This document shows positions 1 to 8,515 of a DNA stretch of 43,517 nt, piece by piece. The stretch is from Verrucomicrobiota bacterium (GTDB taxonomy: Bacteria; Verrucomicrobiota; Verrucomicrobiia; Chthoniobacterales; JACTMZ01), in contig JACTMZ010000143.1 of assembly GCA_014584375.1 (NCBI GenBank), forward strand, positions 1 to 43,517, read 5' to 3'. Under the pieces are notes generated by a model. That model made no database searches. It saw only the letters and a list, made by a program, of their open reading frames with translations, and was not told the origin of the DNA. Position 1 is the stretch's first letter; every line of letters begins with the position of its first letter. Position numbers and translations under genes: made by a program.

Positions 1-587
1 CGCGCGAGAAAATGACCGGGAAGGCTCACTCCGTCAATCGCCACACCGGCGCGACGCCCCAAAAACATGTACACTTGAGCAAGGCTGATGGGAATGCCCT
101 TGCGCGAATCCAGAACGCAGGACAACAGCGAATTGCGCTCGTTGTAATAATCGTCCGTATTGCCAGTGAAAGTGAGTTCACCAGCAATGAAATCCGACAT
201 GATGGCGACGGTGTCAGCATCACCAGCGGAGCGTCGAAGCCTCCGCTCCAACTCAACGCCCCATGCGTCGAGCCGCTGACGATAAGGGGCGGCGTCCAAC
301 CCGCGCAAAAGGGCGGAAGCAAGAAGCCAGCAGGAATCCTCAAGATCAGATTTGTCGTTGAAGGTCAGGCAAAGCCTCTCAAATTGATCCAGAGCCGCCT
401 TTTGCATTACCTCGTGCAACACGTCGCCCGCATGCAATGCCGCGGCTGGATTGTCGCACTCCGCCAAATCCCGCAGATCATCGAGCGGAATCGAATCGGC
501 CTGTGCCAGCCGCTCCTTCACCAGCCGGACGGTTTGCTCGTCATCATCGGCAAGCAGTCGAACGAGAGCTTCTTTCTGCGGATGCAT
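1..587 (-). CDS. SirB1/YchA-like transglutaminase-like family protein, N-terminal part (gene continues past the left edge)
   Basis: Absent from the ORF track because no stop lies inside the window. My own minus-strand translation from ATG 587..585 stays open to position 2: MHPQKEALVRLLADDDEQTV...TGNTDDYYNERNSLLSCVLDSRKGIPISLAQVYMFLGRRAGVAIDGVSLPGHFLA. The DYYxxxNSxLxxVLxxRxGIPISL...PGHFL block is the hallmark of this family. The 12..884 + ORF is its antisense shadow. Confidence 0.7.
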   Translation of the reverse strand, partial: MHPQKEALVRLLADDDEQTVRLVKERLAQADSIPLDDLRDLAECDNPAAALHAGDVLHEVMQKAALDQFERLCLTFNDKSDLEDSCWLLASALLRGLDAAPYRQRLDAWGVELERRLRRSAGDADTVAIMSDFIAGELTFTGNTDDYYNERNSLLSCVLDSRKGIPISLAQVYMFLGRRAGVAIDGVSLPGHFLA

Positions 588-705
588 GGCTGGTGGAGAA
601 TGCTGGCCGCTTTGTCCGAAGATGGCAAGCCGAGGCAAGGAGCGAACTTTTCAAAATACGAATCGCGGCGTTGTTACCGGCTTGTCTTAGCGAGCCGTGG
701 CGGCG

Positions 706-1719
706 ATGTTTCCTCCAATGAAAAGATCGGGCTGCATTTTGTTGGTGATATTCCTCGCACTCTGCATGAGTTTGTTTTTCAACTTCGTCCTGCTGGCCTT
801 CCTCGGAGCGGACAAGGTGGAAAGCGCCGCCTCGCCACGGCGATCCGCGCCGCCATTGGAGGAACTGGTTGTCGAAGAGGGTGAGAAAGGTGCCGGCAAA
901 ATCGCCGTCATTCCGATACGGGGCGTCATTCAGGCCGATGATCGAAGCGAATGGGGAAGTTCCATGGTGGATGACATCGTCAAGGCGCTGCGGACGGCGG
1001 CAGAGGACGATCAGGTAAAAGCCGTGGTGCTCGCAGTGGATTCACCCGGCGGTGAAGTGACGGCTTCCGACATTCTTTGGAACGAAGTCGGCAAAGTGCG
1101 CATGAAAAAGCCTGTCGTGGCCGCAATGACATCAATCGGAGCCTCCGGCGCGTATTATTTGTCCTGCGCGGCAAGTTGGATCGTCGCAAACGAAACAACT
1201 TTTACCGGCAGCATCGGGGTGATCATTCAATCACTCAATTACCAAGGACTTTTTGAAAAAGTCGGTCTCGATGCGGTGGTATTCAAAAGCGGAAAATTCA
1301 AGGACATGTTGAGCGGTTCCCGCAAGATCACTCCCGAGGAGAAGGCTTATGTCGAAGGCATGGTGCAGCAGGTTTACGGGCGCTTTTTGGACATTGTGGC
1401 CAATGCAAGAAATCTCCCGGCGGGTGAGTTGCGCGAGGGGTTGGCGGACGGGCGGATTTTGACCGGACGGGATGCAAAGGAGGCCGGGCTCGTGGATCAA
1501 ATCGGCTATATGGAAGATGCTTTTGCCAAGGCCCGCGAACTGGCGGATGCTTCGGGAGCCGGGATCATTCGCTACGAACCGAGGTTAAACTTCCAGCGTT
1601 TGCTTCGATGGATCGGAGCGGATGCAAAATCGCAGGTTGAGTTGCAATTGGGGGGGGCTCCGGCTTTTCGCCTGCAGCTCGGGCGGGCCTATCTGCTGCC
1701 GGAATTCTACGCGTGGTAA
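706..1719 (+). CDS. sppA: signal peptide peptidase SppA, 36K type
   Basis: ORF 697..1719 opens with GTG; the first ATG is at 706. It has an N-terminal TM segment, then VDSPGGEVTASD and SIGASGAYYLSCAA motifs typical of the ClpP-fold SppA family. Confidence 0.88.
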   Translation: MFPPMKRSGCILLVIFLALCMSLFFNFVLLAFLGADKVESAASPRRSAPPLEELVVEEGEKGAGKIAVIPIRGVIQADDRSEWGSSMVDDIVKALRTAAEDDQVKAVVLAVDSPGGEVTASDILWNEVGKVRMKKPVVAAMTSIGASGAYYLSCAASWIVANETTFTGSIGVIIQSLNYQGLFEKVGLDAVVFKSGKFKDMLSGSRKITPEEKAYVEGMVQQVYGRFLDIVANARNLPAGELREGLADGRILTGRDAKEAGLVDQIGYMEDAFAKARELADASGAGIIRYEPRLNFQRLLRWIGADAKSQVELQLGGAPAFRLQLGRAYLLPEFYAW

Positions 1720-2498
1720 GCAATTACTTATCCATGCTTCTGCTGGCTGTTTTGACGGCGGCGGGGCTGCGATTTTATCTGCCTGCGGCGCGTTCCGTCC
1801 TGTTGCGGGGCAACGGTCGCGCGGTTACAGCGTGGGTCGGGCGCACCGATGTTGCGGCGGCTTTGGTTCTTTCCGTGTGGTTCGCCATGCAGGGGATGAC
1901 AGCCTTGATGGAAGAGGGCACGCGGGCAATGAAGTTACAACATGTGGTGACTGGCGCCGCCCTTTACGGCGCAATTGTTCTGCTGCTTCTCGGGCTCATG
2001 ATTTACCGAAACATTTCGCCACTGCGCGTCTTCGGCTGGAATGAACTTTCCATATCCCGCATTTTTGGGCGCGGACTGCTTTATATTGCAGCCGCCTATC
2101 CGCTGCTCATTCTTGTGCAGGGAATTGTTCACAATGCGACGGGCGGCGAGGGGGCACCGCAGGATGTGGTGCGTTTTTTGACGGAAGCCAAATCTTCGAA
2201 GGATCGAATCGCAATGCTGGCCATGGCGGTTGTTGTCGCGCCGATTGCGGAGGAGTTTATTTTTCGCGGATACATTTATGCGGTAATTAAAAAATACATC
2301 GGGGTGCTCGCCGGCCTTATTCTCACCAGCCTGCTGTTTGCCCTCGTCCATGGACACGCCCATTCCATGCCTGCCCTCTTCACCCTCGCATTTTGCCTCG
2401 GCCTGGCCTACGAACACACGGGATCACTGCCGCTCACCGTCACCATGCACGCGGTCTTCAACGCATTCCAAATCGCCATCATTTTCCTTGTGCTGTGA
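1713..2498 (+). CDS. CPBP family intramembrane glutamic endopeptidase (CAAX protease-like)
   Basis: Polytopic membrane protein with APIAEEFIFRGYIY (EExxxR), LFALVHG and HAVFNA motifs. The start is GTG 1713 (overlapping the sppA stop) or ATG 1734. Confidence 0.82.
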   Translation: MVSNYLSMLLLAVLTAAGLRFYLPAARSVLLRGNGRAVTAWVGRTDVAAALVLSVWFAMQGMTALMEEGTRAMKLQHVVTGAALYGAIVLLLLGLMIYRNISPLRVFGWNELSISRIFGRGLLYIAAAYPLLILVQGIVHNATGGEGAPQDVVRFLTEAKSSKDRIAMLAMAVVVAPIAEEFIFRGYIYAVIKKYIGVLAGLILTSLLFALVHGHAHSMPALFTLAFCLGLAYEHTGSLPLTVTMHAVFNAFQIAIIFLVL

Positions 2499-2527
2499 GC
2501 AAACACAAAATCACGGGTGAAAACGCC

Positions 2528-3400
2528 ATGCTGGCGCGCCTAAGCCGCATTATCCGGCGCCCCACGACTCGCCTCGTTCCAACGGGCATCGGCGATGACT
2601 GTGCAGCCGTTCGAGCCGCCGGGCCGGGCCGTTTGCTGCTGCTGAAAACGGACGCCGTGGTCGAAAAACGCCATTTTCACCGGAGCGATCCGCCCCGGGC
2701 CGTGGGATGGAAGGCGGCGTGCCGCGCCGTCAGCGACATTGCAGCTTGCGGTGGACGCCCCGCCCACGCGTTGATAACCTGCGTGGTGCGGGAGGAACAG
2801 GCGGGCAACTGGCTGACGGAGCTGTATCGTGGCATTGAAAAAGCCGGAAAAAAATTCGGCTTTTATGTCGTTGGCGGCGAGCTGGCGCGCACCGACGGCC
2901 CGGCGGTTGTCAATGTCGCCATGACCGGCGAAGTCGAGGCAAAGCGTTTTGTTCGGCGTGACGGTGGACGTCCGGGAGACGCGCTTTTTGTCACGGGCAT
3001 GCTCGGGGGCTCGTTGAAATCCGGGCGACATTTGCGTTTTCAACCGAGGTTGGAGGAGGCGCGCTGGCTGACACAGCGGTTTCGTATTCGCGCCATGATG
3101 GATTTGAGCGACGGTCTGGCGGCTGACCTGCCGCGTCTTGCGGCAGCCTGCAAAACGGGATTCGCCGTGGATGTCGAGTCCGTGCCACGTCATGCGGGGG
3201 CATCGCTTGAGGCCGCTTTGGGGGACGGGGAGGATTTTGAGCTGCTGTTTGCATTGAGCCCGGATGAGGCGCCCGCGCTTAAACGAGCCTGGAGGCGGCG
3301 GTTTGCGAGGTTGCGATTGACGCAGATCGGCTCCCTTGCGCCGCATGGTGTCGCAATCGGCCTGGGTTCGGCGAGCGGATATGATCATTTTGCATCATGA
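2528..3400 (+). CDS. thiL: thiamine-monophosphate kinase
   Basis: IGDDCAAV, DLSDGLAADL and GEDFELLF motifs of the AIR-synthase-like ThiL family. The ORF opens at 2393, but that stretch overlaps the CPBP gene, so ATG 2528 (MLARLSRII) is the likely start. Confidence 0.88.
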   Translation: MLARLSRIIRRPTTRLVPTGIGDDCAAVRAAGPGRLLLLKTDAVVEKRHFHRSDPPRAVGWKAACRAVSDIAACGGRPAHALITCVVREEQAGNWLTELYRGIEKAGKKFGFYVVGGELARTDGPAVVNVAMTGEVEAKRFVRRDGGRPGDALFVTGMLGGSLKSGRHLRFQPRLEEARWLTQRFRIRAMMDLSDGLAADLPRLAAACKTGFAVDVESVPRHAGASLEAALGDGEDFELLFALSPDEAPALKRAWRRRFARLRLTQIGSLAPHGVAIGLGSASGYDHFAS

Positions 3401-3993
3401 AAATTCAGGCTTTTATTTTTGATATCGGCAATGTGCTTTTGCGTCTCGATTACAGCCGCGCGCAGAGTCTTCTTTCGCAAGCAACGGCTTCGCACCGACG
3501 GGCCTTGGATGAGCTGGCAAAGAATTATGAAAGGGGATTGATGGACAGCTCCGCGTTTCTTCAGTCGCTCTCCGAAATTTTTGGCGGTCTGGTGAGTGAT
3601 GAGCAACTACTCTCCTCCTGGCAGGACATTTTTGAGCCGAACAAACCCATGTGGGACGTTGTGGCGGCCCTGCATGGACGCTTTCCACTATATCTTCTCT
3701 CCAACACCAACGCGCTGCATCACGATTTCATTGTGAGTCGCTACGAGGTGTTTGAAAAATTTACCGACGGTGTGTTTTCCTATCGGGAAGGACTCCTTAA
3801 GCCGGAAGAGGAAATTTTTGAACGGGCCGTTCAGCGTTTTGGGGTGAATCCGGAAAACACCTGTTACATTGACGATTTGGCTCCCAATGTTGAAGCCGCG
3901 CGGGCGACGGGACTGCGAGGAATTCATTATCATTCGGACGCCCATGCCGAATTTCTCTCGGCGCTTCGCGATCTGGATGTGGAATGCCTTTGA
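3397..3993 (+). CDS. HAD superfamily hydrolase (subfamily IA-like phosphatase)
   Basis: The N-terminal FIFDIGNVLL (DxG/DxD-type motif I), LLSNTN and a late YIDD motif fit this family. The start overlaps the thiL stop in an ATGA (3397..3400). Confidence 0.78.
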   Translation: MKIQAFIFDIGNVLLRLDYSRAQSLLSQATASHRRALDELAKNYERGLMDSSAFLQSLSEIFGGLVSDEQLLSSWQDIFEPNKPMWDVVAALHGRFPLYLLSNTNALHHDFIVSRYEVFEKFTDGVFSYREGLLKPEEEIFERAVQRFGVNPENTCYIDDLAPNVEAARATGLRGIHYHSDAHAEFLSALRDLDVECL

Positions 3994-4996
3994 CTTGGCT
4001 GGTGACGGATTTACTTTTTACGAAGTGAAAGTGACATACGAGCAACTGGAGGAAATCTACAACAGGCCGTTTTTCGATCTGATTGAAGAATCGCATCGCA
4101 TTCATAAAAAACACTGGCCGGGACGCGAGGTGCAACTTTGCACACTGCTGAACATCAAGACAGGGGCCTGCAGCGAGGATTGCGGCTATTGTTCCCAAAG
4201 CGCGCACCACAACACCGGATTGAAGCCGGAGCCACTTATGTCGGCGGAAGAGATTATGCCGCATGCCCAAGCCGCGCGTGACAACGGAGCGACGCGCTTT
4301 TGCATGGGCGCGGCATGGAAGGGTGTGCGCGAGGGGGATCGTCGTTTTGACTCCGTGCTCGAAAGCATTCGTGAAGTGAGCAAGCTCGGCATGGAGGTTT
4401 GCGTCACCCTGGGCCACTTGAACGACTCCGAGGCAAAAAAACTCAAGGAGGCCGGTGTCACGGCATACAATCACAACATTGACACCTCGCCGGAATATTA
4501 TCCCGAGGTGGTGAGCACGCACACCTTTGATGACCGCCTTTCGACCATTGGGGCGGTTCAGCGGGCGGGCATGTCGGTTTGTTGCGGAGGTATCATTGGA
4601 ATGGGCGAGACCCAGCGCGACCGCCTGCGCATGCTGGAAGTACTGGCCAATTTCGATCCGCCGCCGGAAAGCGTTCCCATCAACTGCCTCGTGCCCGTGG
4701 AAGGAACCCGGCTCGAATCGCGGGCCGAGCCGGTCAAAATTTTTGAACTGGTTCGCATCATCGCAACAGCACGCATTGTTTTGCCATTGTCAAAAATCCG
4801 CCTCTCCGCCGGACGCACCTCCCTGAGCAAGGAAGGGCAGGCCTTTTGCTTTTTCGCCGGCGCAAATTCGTTTTTCTACGGCGATAAGCTGCTGACAACG
4901 CCAAATCCGGATGAGAACGAGGACATGGAATTGCTGGCATCGCTTGATCTCCAGCCGTTGGAGCCATATTCGCCGGCGTCGGTGCCTGTAAGCTGA
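3977..4996 (+). CDS. bioB: biotin synthase
   Basis: Radical SAM motif CSEDCGYCSQS, followed by the conserved BioB body (FCMGAAW, YNHNIDTS). The ORF opens at 3869 but overlaps the HAD gene. ATG 3977 gives a normal-length N-terminus; the exact start is uncertain. Confidence 0.9.
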   Translation: MWNAFDLAGDGFTFYEVKVTYEQLEEIYNRPFFDLIEESHRIHKKHWPGREVQLCTLLNIKTGACSEDCGYCSQSAHHNTGLKPEPLMSAEEIMPHAQAARDNGATRFCMGAAWKGVREGDRRFDSVLESIREVSKLGMEVCVTLGHLNDSEAKKLKEAGVTAYNHNIDTSPEYYPEVVSTHTFDDRLSTIGAVQRAGMSVCCGGIIGMGETQRDRLRMLEVLANFDPPPESVPINCLVPVEGTRLESRAEPVKIFELVRIIATARIVLPLSKIRLSAGRTSLSKEGQAFCFFAGANSFFYGDKLLTTPNPDENEDMELLASLDLQPLEPYSPASVPVS

Positions 4997-4997
4997 C

Positions 4998-5678
4998 ATG
5001 AAGCTGACCTATTACGGGCATTCCTGCTTTGACGTCGAAATTGACGGCCTGCACCTGCTCTTTGATCCTTTCATTACGCCCAATCCAAAGGCTGCGACGA
5101 TTGATGCGAAGGCGATTCCCGCCGATTACATTTTCATTTCCCACGGGCATTTCGACCATGTGGCCGATGCGGCGGACATCGCCAAACGCACCGGAGCCAC
5201 GGTTGTCGCCAACTTTGAAATTGCCGAATGGTTCGCCGGGCAGGGTGTTGAAAAATCACATTCGATGAATCTTGGTGGAAGTTGGAAATTCCCATTTGGC
5301 CGGGTGAAAATGACCAATGCCGTTCACTCCAGCGTGCTGCCCGACGGTACATACGGGGGAAATCCAGGTGGCTTTCTTGTGGAAACGGGAGACGGCAATT
5401 TTTATTATTCCGGTGACACGGCCCTGACGTCCGACATGAAATTGATCGCGAGCGAAGCGGCGTTGAAGTTTGCGGTTCTTTGCATCGGAGACAATTTCAC
5501 CATGGGGCCCGCCGACGCCGCCCGCGCCGCCAATTTCCTCGATGCCCCGCAGGTAGTCGGCGTTCATTACGACACTTTTCCTCCGATTGAAATCAATCAT
5601 GCCGCCGCTGTGCGCGAATTTGCGGATCGCACGGCGGTTCTGCATTTATTGAAAATCGGAGAGACAAGGGATTTTTAA
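4998..5678 (+). CDS. UPF0173-type metal-dependent hydrolase (metallo-beta-lactamase fold)
   Basis: MKLTYYGHSCF N-terminus and ISHGHFDH motif. The gene starts 2 nt after the bioB stop. Confidence 0.82.
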   Translation: MKLTYYGHSCFDVEIDGLHLLFDPFITPNPKAATIDAKAIPADYIFISHGHFDHVADAADIAKRTGATVVANFEIAEWFAGQGVEKSHSMNLGGSWKFPFGRVKMTNAVHSSVLPDGTYGGNPGGFLVETGDGNFYYSGDTALTSDMKLIASEAALKFAVLCIGDNFTMGPADAARAANFLDAPQVVGVHYDTFPPIEINHAAAVREFADRTAVLHLLKIGETRDF

Positions 5679-5698
5679 TCGTGTCGCCGAAGGGAGAA

Positions 5699-6301
5699 TC
5701 ACTCTTCGAGAATTCCGGCGGCGACGAGCCCTCCGCGCTCCGACCGGAACACCTCGCGACTGACGGGATATGTGGCCATCCGATACGTTTCCAAAAGCGC
5801 GGATGTTTCTTTCGCGGGAATCCCGCCCGCCAATCGGGGATAAAGGACGAGAAGTTGACGCTCGGGAATGACAACGTAAAAACCGGCACCCAGCAGAGGC
5901 TCGAAGTAGTCATAAAACGCGGGAGCGATGGTGATGCGTGGCAAAAGGGGATCGTCCGACGCCGTGATGACGACACTTTCAATGACGCGGTTCTTGTCGC
6001 GATGAATTTCCATTTTGACGGATTTAAGCCATTCGCCTCCCATTTTTTCGGCGATGATTTTCGCCCGCTGAAAATCGCTTCGGGCGGAGGAAAACTTCAA
6101 TTCTCCGTAGCCGGAATCGCGCGCCGCCGCGAGAACGACACTGCGGGAGCCGCGAATGGATTCATACAAAGGGGGCTCGGGGAACGAGGGAACGACCGTC
6201 ACCCGCCAGTCAAAGCCGTCTCCCGAACAAACAACAACGGTCAGCATGAAAAAAATTACAAAAGCACACTTGCTGTGGCGGCGTGGTCTGTTAGCGGTCA
6301 T
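5699..6301 (-). CDS. hypothetical exported protein, probable lipoprotein
   Basis: The minus ORF 5699..6307 opens with TTG; ATG at 6301 gives MTANRPRRHSKCAFVIFFMLTVVVCSG (charged n-region, hydrophobic core, Cys). The competing + ORF 5681..6310 is G/R/D-rich and looks like a shadow. I recognise no family. Confidence 0.55.
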   Translation of the reverse strand: MTANRPRRHSKCAFVIFFMLTVVVCSGDGFDWRVTVVPSFPEPPLYESIRGSRSVVLAAARDSGYGELKFSSARSDFQRAKIIAEKMGGEWLKSVKMEIHRDKNRVIESVVITASDDPLLPRITIAPAFYDYFEPLLGAGFYVVIPERQLLVLYPRLAGGIPAKETSALLETYRMATYPVSREVFRSERGGLVAAGILEE

Positions 6302-6306
6302 TTGCA

Positions 6307-6909
6307 ATGATTACGTATCTTGAGGGAGTTCTCCGGGAGTCTTTACCCACCCAGGCGGTAATTGAAGTGCATGGCGTAGGCTACGAAGTTTTCATTCCGC
6401 TCTCCAGCTATGATCGTTTGCCGCCGCCCGGTCAAACGGTTCGTCTGTTGACTCATCTGGTTGTGCGGGAGGATGCGCACATTTTGTTCGGCTTCGCCTC
6501 CGCGGAAGAACGCGATCTGTTCCGACTGCTGGTCAATCGCGTCAGCGGCGTCGGCCCCAAACTGGCTCTCGCGGTGCTGAGCGGAATGGATGTCAGACGT
6601 TTCAAGGCCGCCGTGGTGGACTCCGATATTGCGGCGATCGCCAAAATCAGCGGACTTGGAAAAAAGACCGCCGAAAGAATTGTTCTCGAACTCAAGGACA
6701 AACTTGGCGTCGCGGCCGCATGGGAGGCGGCGGACGCGTCGCGGGAACCCGCCGCTGGAACACGCGCGGCGAATGATGCAATCCTGGCCCTCATTGCACT
6801 GGGATACAAACAGGCCGTCGCCGCCAAGGCGGTGCGCGAAGTTGCCAAGGGCGATGCGGCTGCGGGCACCGAGTTGATTGTGCGTGAAGCATTGAAACTG
6901 CTCCTATGA
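6307..6909 (+). CDS. ruvA: Holliday junction branch migration complex subunit RuvA
   Basis: Canonical MITYLEGVL N-terminus, helix-hairpin-helix region (VSGVGPKLALAVLS, ISGLGKKTAERIVLELKDK) and a C-terminal domain III. Confidence 0.92.
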   Translation: MITYLEGVLRESLPTQAVIEVHGVGYEVFIPLSSYDRLPPPGQTVRLLTHLVVREDAHILFGFASAEERDLFRLLVNRVSGVGPKLALAVLSGMDVRRFKAAVVDSDIAAIAKISGLGKKTAERIVLELKDKLGVAAAWEAADASREPAAGTRAANDAILALIALGYKQAVAAKAVREVAKGDAAAGTELIVREALKLLL

Positions 6910-8210
6910 ATGCAGCGGACTCCATGGAAAGCCGTGTGGCACGCGCGGAACGCATTCGCGCCGCACTCCCGGAAGGCGGGCTTTTTGCAGGGAAGGAATG
7001 GCGTGTCGCCGCCGAGCCGTTCGTTCTGGATGAAAATACGGCGGAGGAGCTGGAGAAACTCGGCTATCGCCTGCGCAAATTCATGGAGGCGGCCAACCTG
7101 CTTTACCGGCTGAGCGTTTCCGGCAAACGTCCGGCTTGGATTGCAAACTTGCTGGATCGTGGGAAACCGGACGCGCTCATCGCCCTTGCGCGAGCCAAGG
7201 CCCTGGCTTCGGAAATTCCGCGCATCATTCGTCCGGACATCATCCTTACCGAGGATGGGTTTGCGATTGCCGAGTTGGACAGCGTTCCGGGCGGCGTCGG
7301 CCTGACAGCGTGGCTCCAGGAGGTTTATACTGCGGAGGGATTTGATGTTTTGGGCGGGAAGGGGATGGACGAAGGATTCCGGGCGGTTGCGGGCGGAGGG
7401 GACATCGTTGTTTCCAAGGAAGCCTCGGATTACCGCCCCGAGATGGAATGGATGGCAGCTCGCATCGGCGCACGCGCGGTTGAGGCGGAGGCACTGCCGG
7501 ATGATTTGCGCCCGCTTGTTTACCGATTTTTTGAATTGTTTGATTTGGGAAATATTCCGGACGCCATGAATTTGCTGCGTGATGCGGCAGATGGGCGACG
7601 CACGGTGACTCCGCCCCCCAAGCCCTGGCTGGAGGAAAAACTTCTTTTTGCGCTTTTTTGGCTGCGTCCATTGGCGGATTTCTGGCAACGGGAGCTTGGC
7701 GACAGGAACTTTGTCGCATTGCAAAAAGTCATTCCACGCACCTGGCTGATGGATCCGCAGCCCCTTCCACCATCGGGCGTTTATCCGGAATTGGAAATTC
7801 ACAGTTGGGATGAACTGAAAAAGTTCAGTCAACGCGAACGTGGGCTGGTTTTAAAAATCAGCGGATTTTCCGAACTGGCCTGGGGATCCAAAAGTGTGCG
7901 AGTGGGTCAGGACATGTCGCACGAGGACTGGGGAAAGGCCGTGGACGATGCGTTGGGCGACTGGAATCAAAGACCGTGGATTTTGCAAAAATTTCACCAT
8001 CCGCGCATGGTCGGCATGGATTACGAGGAAGGAGGAAGCATGATTTCCATGAAAGGACGCGTGCGGCTGTGTCCGTATTATTTTTGCGGCGATCGCAAAA
8101 TTTCGCTGGGTGGAGTCCTGGCGACGATTTGTCCGGCCGACAAAAAGCTGCTGCACGGCATGAAGGACGCCGTATTGACGCCTGTGGCGGTTGAAAAAAC
8201 CGACCACTGA
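6906..8210 (+). CDS. conserved-looking hypothetical protein, 434 aa (weak ATP-grasp-like features)
   Basis: Long clean ORF whose ATG overlaps the ruvA stop (ATGA at 6906..6909). Segments IIRPDIILTEDGFAIAELDSVPGGVG, LVLKISGFSELAWGSKSVRVG and WILQKFHHP recall circularly permuted ATP-grasp or glutathionylspermidine-synthase-like folds. This is from memory and unverified. Confidence 0.6.
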   Translation: MNAADSMESRVARAERIRAALPEGGLFAGKEWRVAAEPFVLDENTAEELEKLGYRLRKFMEAANLLYRLSVSGKRPAWIANLLDRGKPDALIALARAKALASEIPRIIRPDIILTEDGFAIAELDSVPGGVGLTAWLQEVYTAEGFDVLGGKGMDEGFRAVAGGGDIVVSKEASDYRPEMEWMAARIGARAVEAEALPDDLRPLVYRFFELFDLGNIPDAMNLLRDAADGRRTVTPPPKPWLEEKLLFALFWLRPLADFWQRELGDRNFVALQKVIPRTWLMDPQPLPPSGVYPELEIHSWDELKKFSQRERGLVLKISGFSELAWGSKSVRVGQDMSHEDWGKAVDDALGDWNQRPWILQKFHHPRMVGMDYEEGGSMISMKGRVRLCPYYFCGDRKISLGGVLATICPADKKLLHGMKDAVLTPVAVEKTDH

Positions 8211-8298
8211 CACAACAAGCCCCCCGCTTTTTCATGATGTAAAATTTCATCAAGGTTTTGATTGGCGACTTCCCCATTTGTCGCTATCATGGTTCGCT

Positions 8299-8454
8299 AT
8301 GAGTCAGCATAGCAGTCTCAAGGGGAAGGGAGCGATCAAGGCGAAGCGCAATGTGCTCAAACGCTTTGAACGGGTTGAGGTTTTAAAAAAGCGCGGACAG
8401 TTCCGGGACGATCAACGTGTGATCGGTCTGCCAAAAACAAAGCCGGACGAATGA
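8299..8454 (+). CDS. small basic protein (51 aa)
   Basis: MSQHSSLKGKGAIKAKRNVLKRFERVEVLKKRGQFRDDQRVIGLPKTKPDE has 15 of 51 residues K/R. It resembles a ~50-aa small basic protein family I recall from PVC-group genomes (KRNVLKRFERV...GLPKTK). A clean terminator follows it. The upstream part of ORF 8191..8454 overlaps the previous gene. Confidence 0.6.
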   Translation: MSQHSSLKGKGAIKAKRNVLKRFERVEVLKKRGQFRDDQRVIGLPKTKPDE

Positions 8455-8461
8455 GAATTCG

Positions 8462-8482
8462 CTCCGCATTTTGCGGAGTTTT
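8462..8482 (+). terminator. intrinsic terminator after the small basic protein gene
   Basis: CTCCGCA-TTT-TGCGGAG is a perfect 7-bp stem with a 3-nt loop, followed directly by TTTT (8479..8482). It begins 8 nt after the stop codon. Confidence 0.6.
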
Positions 8483-8515
8483 CAGCGACCGCCTGCGGTT
8501 GCGTTGACCATCATC

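Noticed and set aside
12-884. 290-aa + strand ORF at the left edge
   Set aside because: Its composition is Arg/Gly/Gln-rich with no motifs. It lies exactly antisense to a clean SirB1-like reading frame (1..587, minus) and overlaps the sppA start, so it is a shadow ORF.
5681-6310. 209-aa + strand ORF opposite the exported-protein gene
   Set aside because: It is G/R/D-rich with no signal peptide or motifs. The minus-strand frame has a proper signal peptide and a more protein-like composition.
6453-7832. 459-aa minus-strand ORF across ruvA and the 434-aa gene
   Set aside because: It is antisense to two well-formed genes (ruvA is certain), very Arg/Ala/Ser/Pro-rich, and has no recognisable domain.
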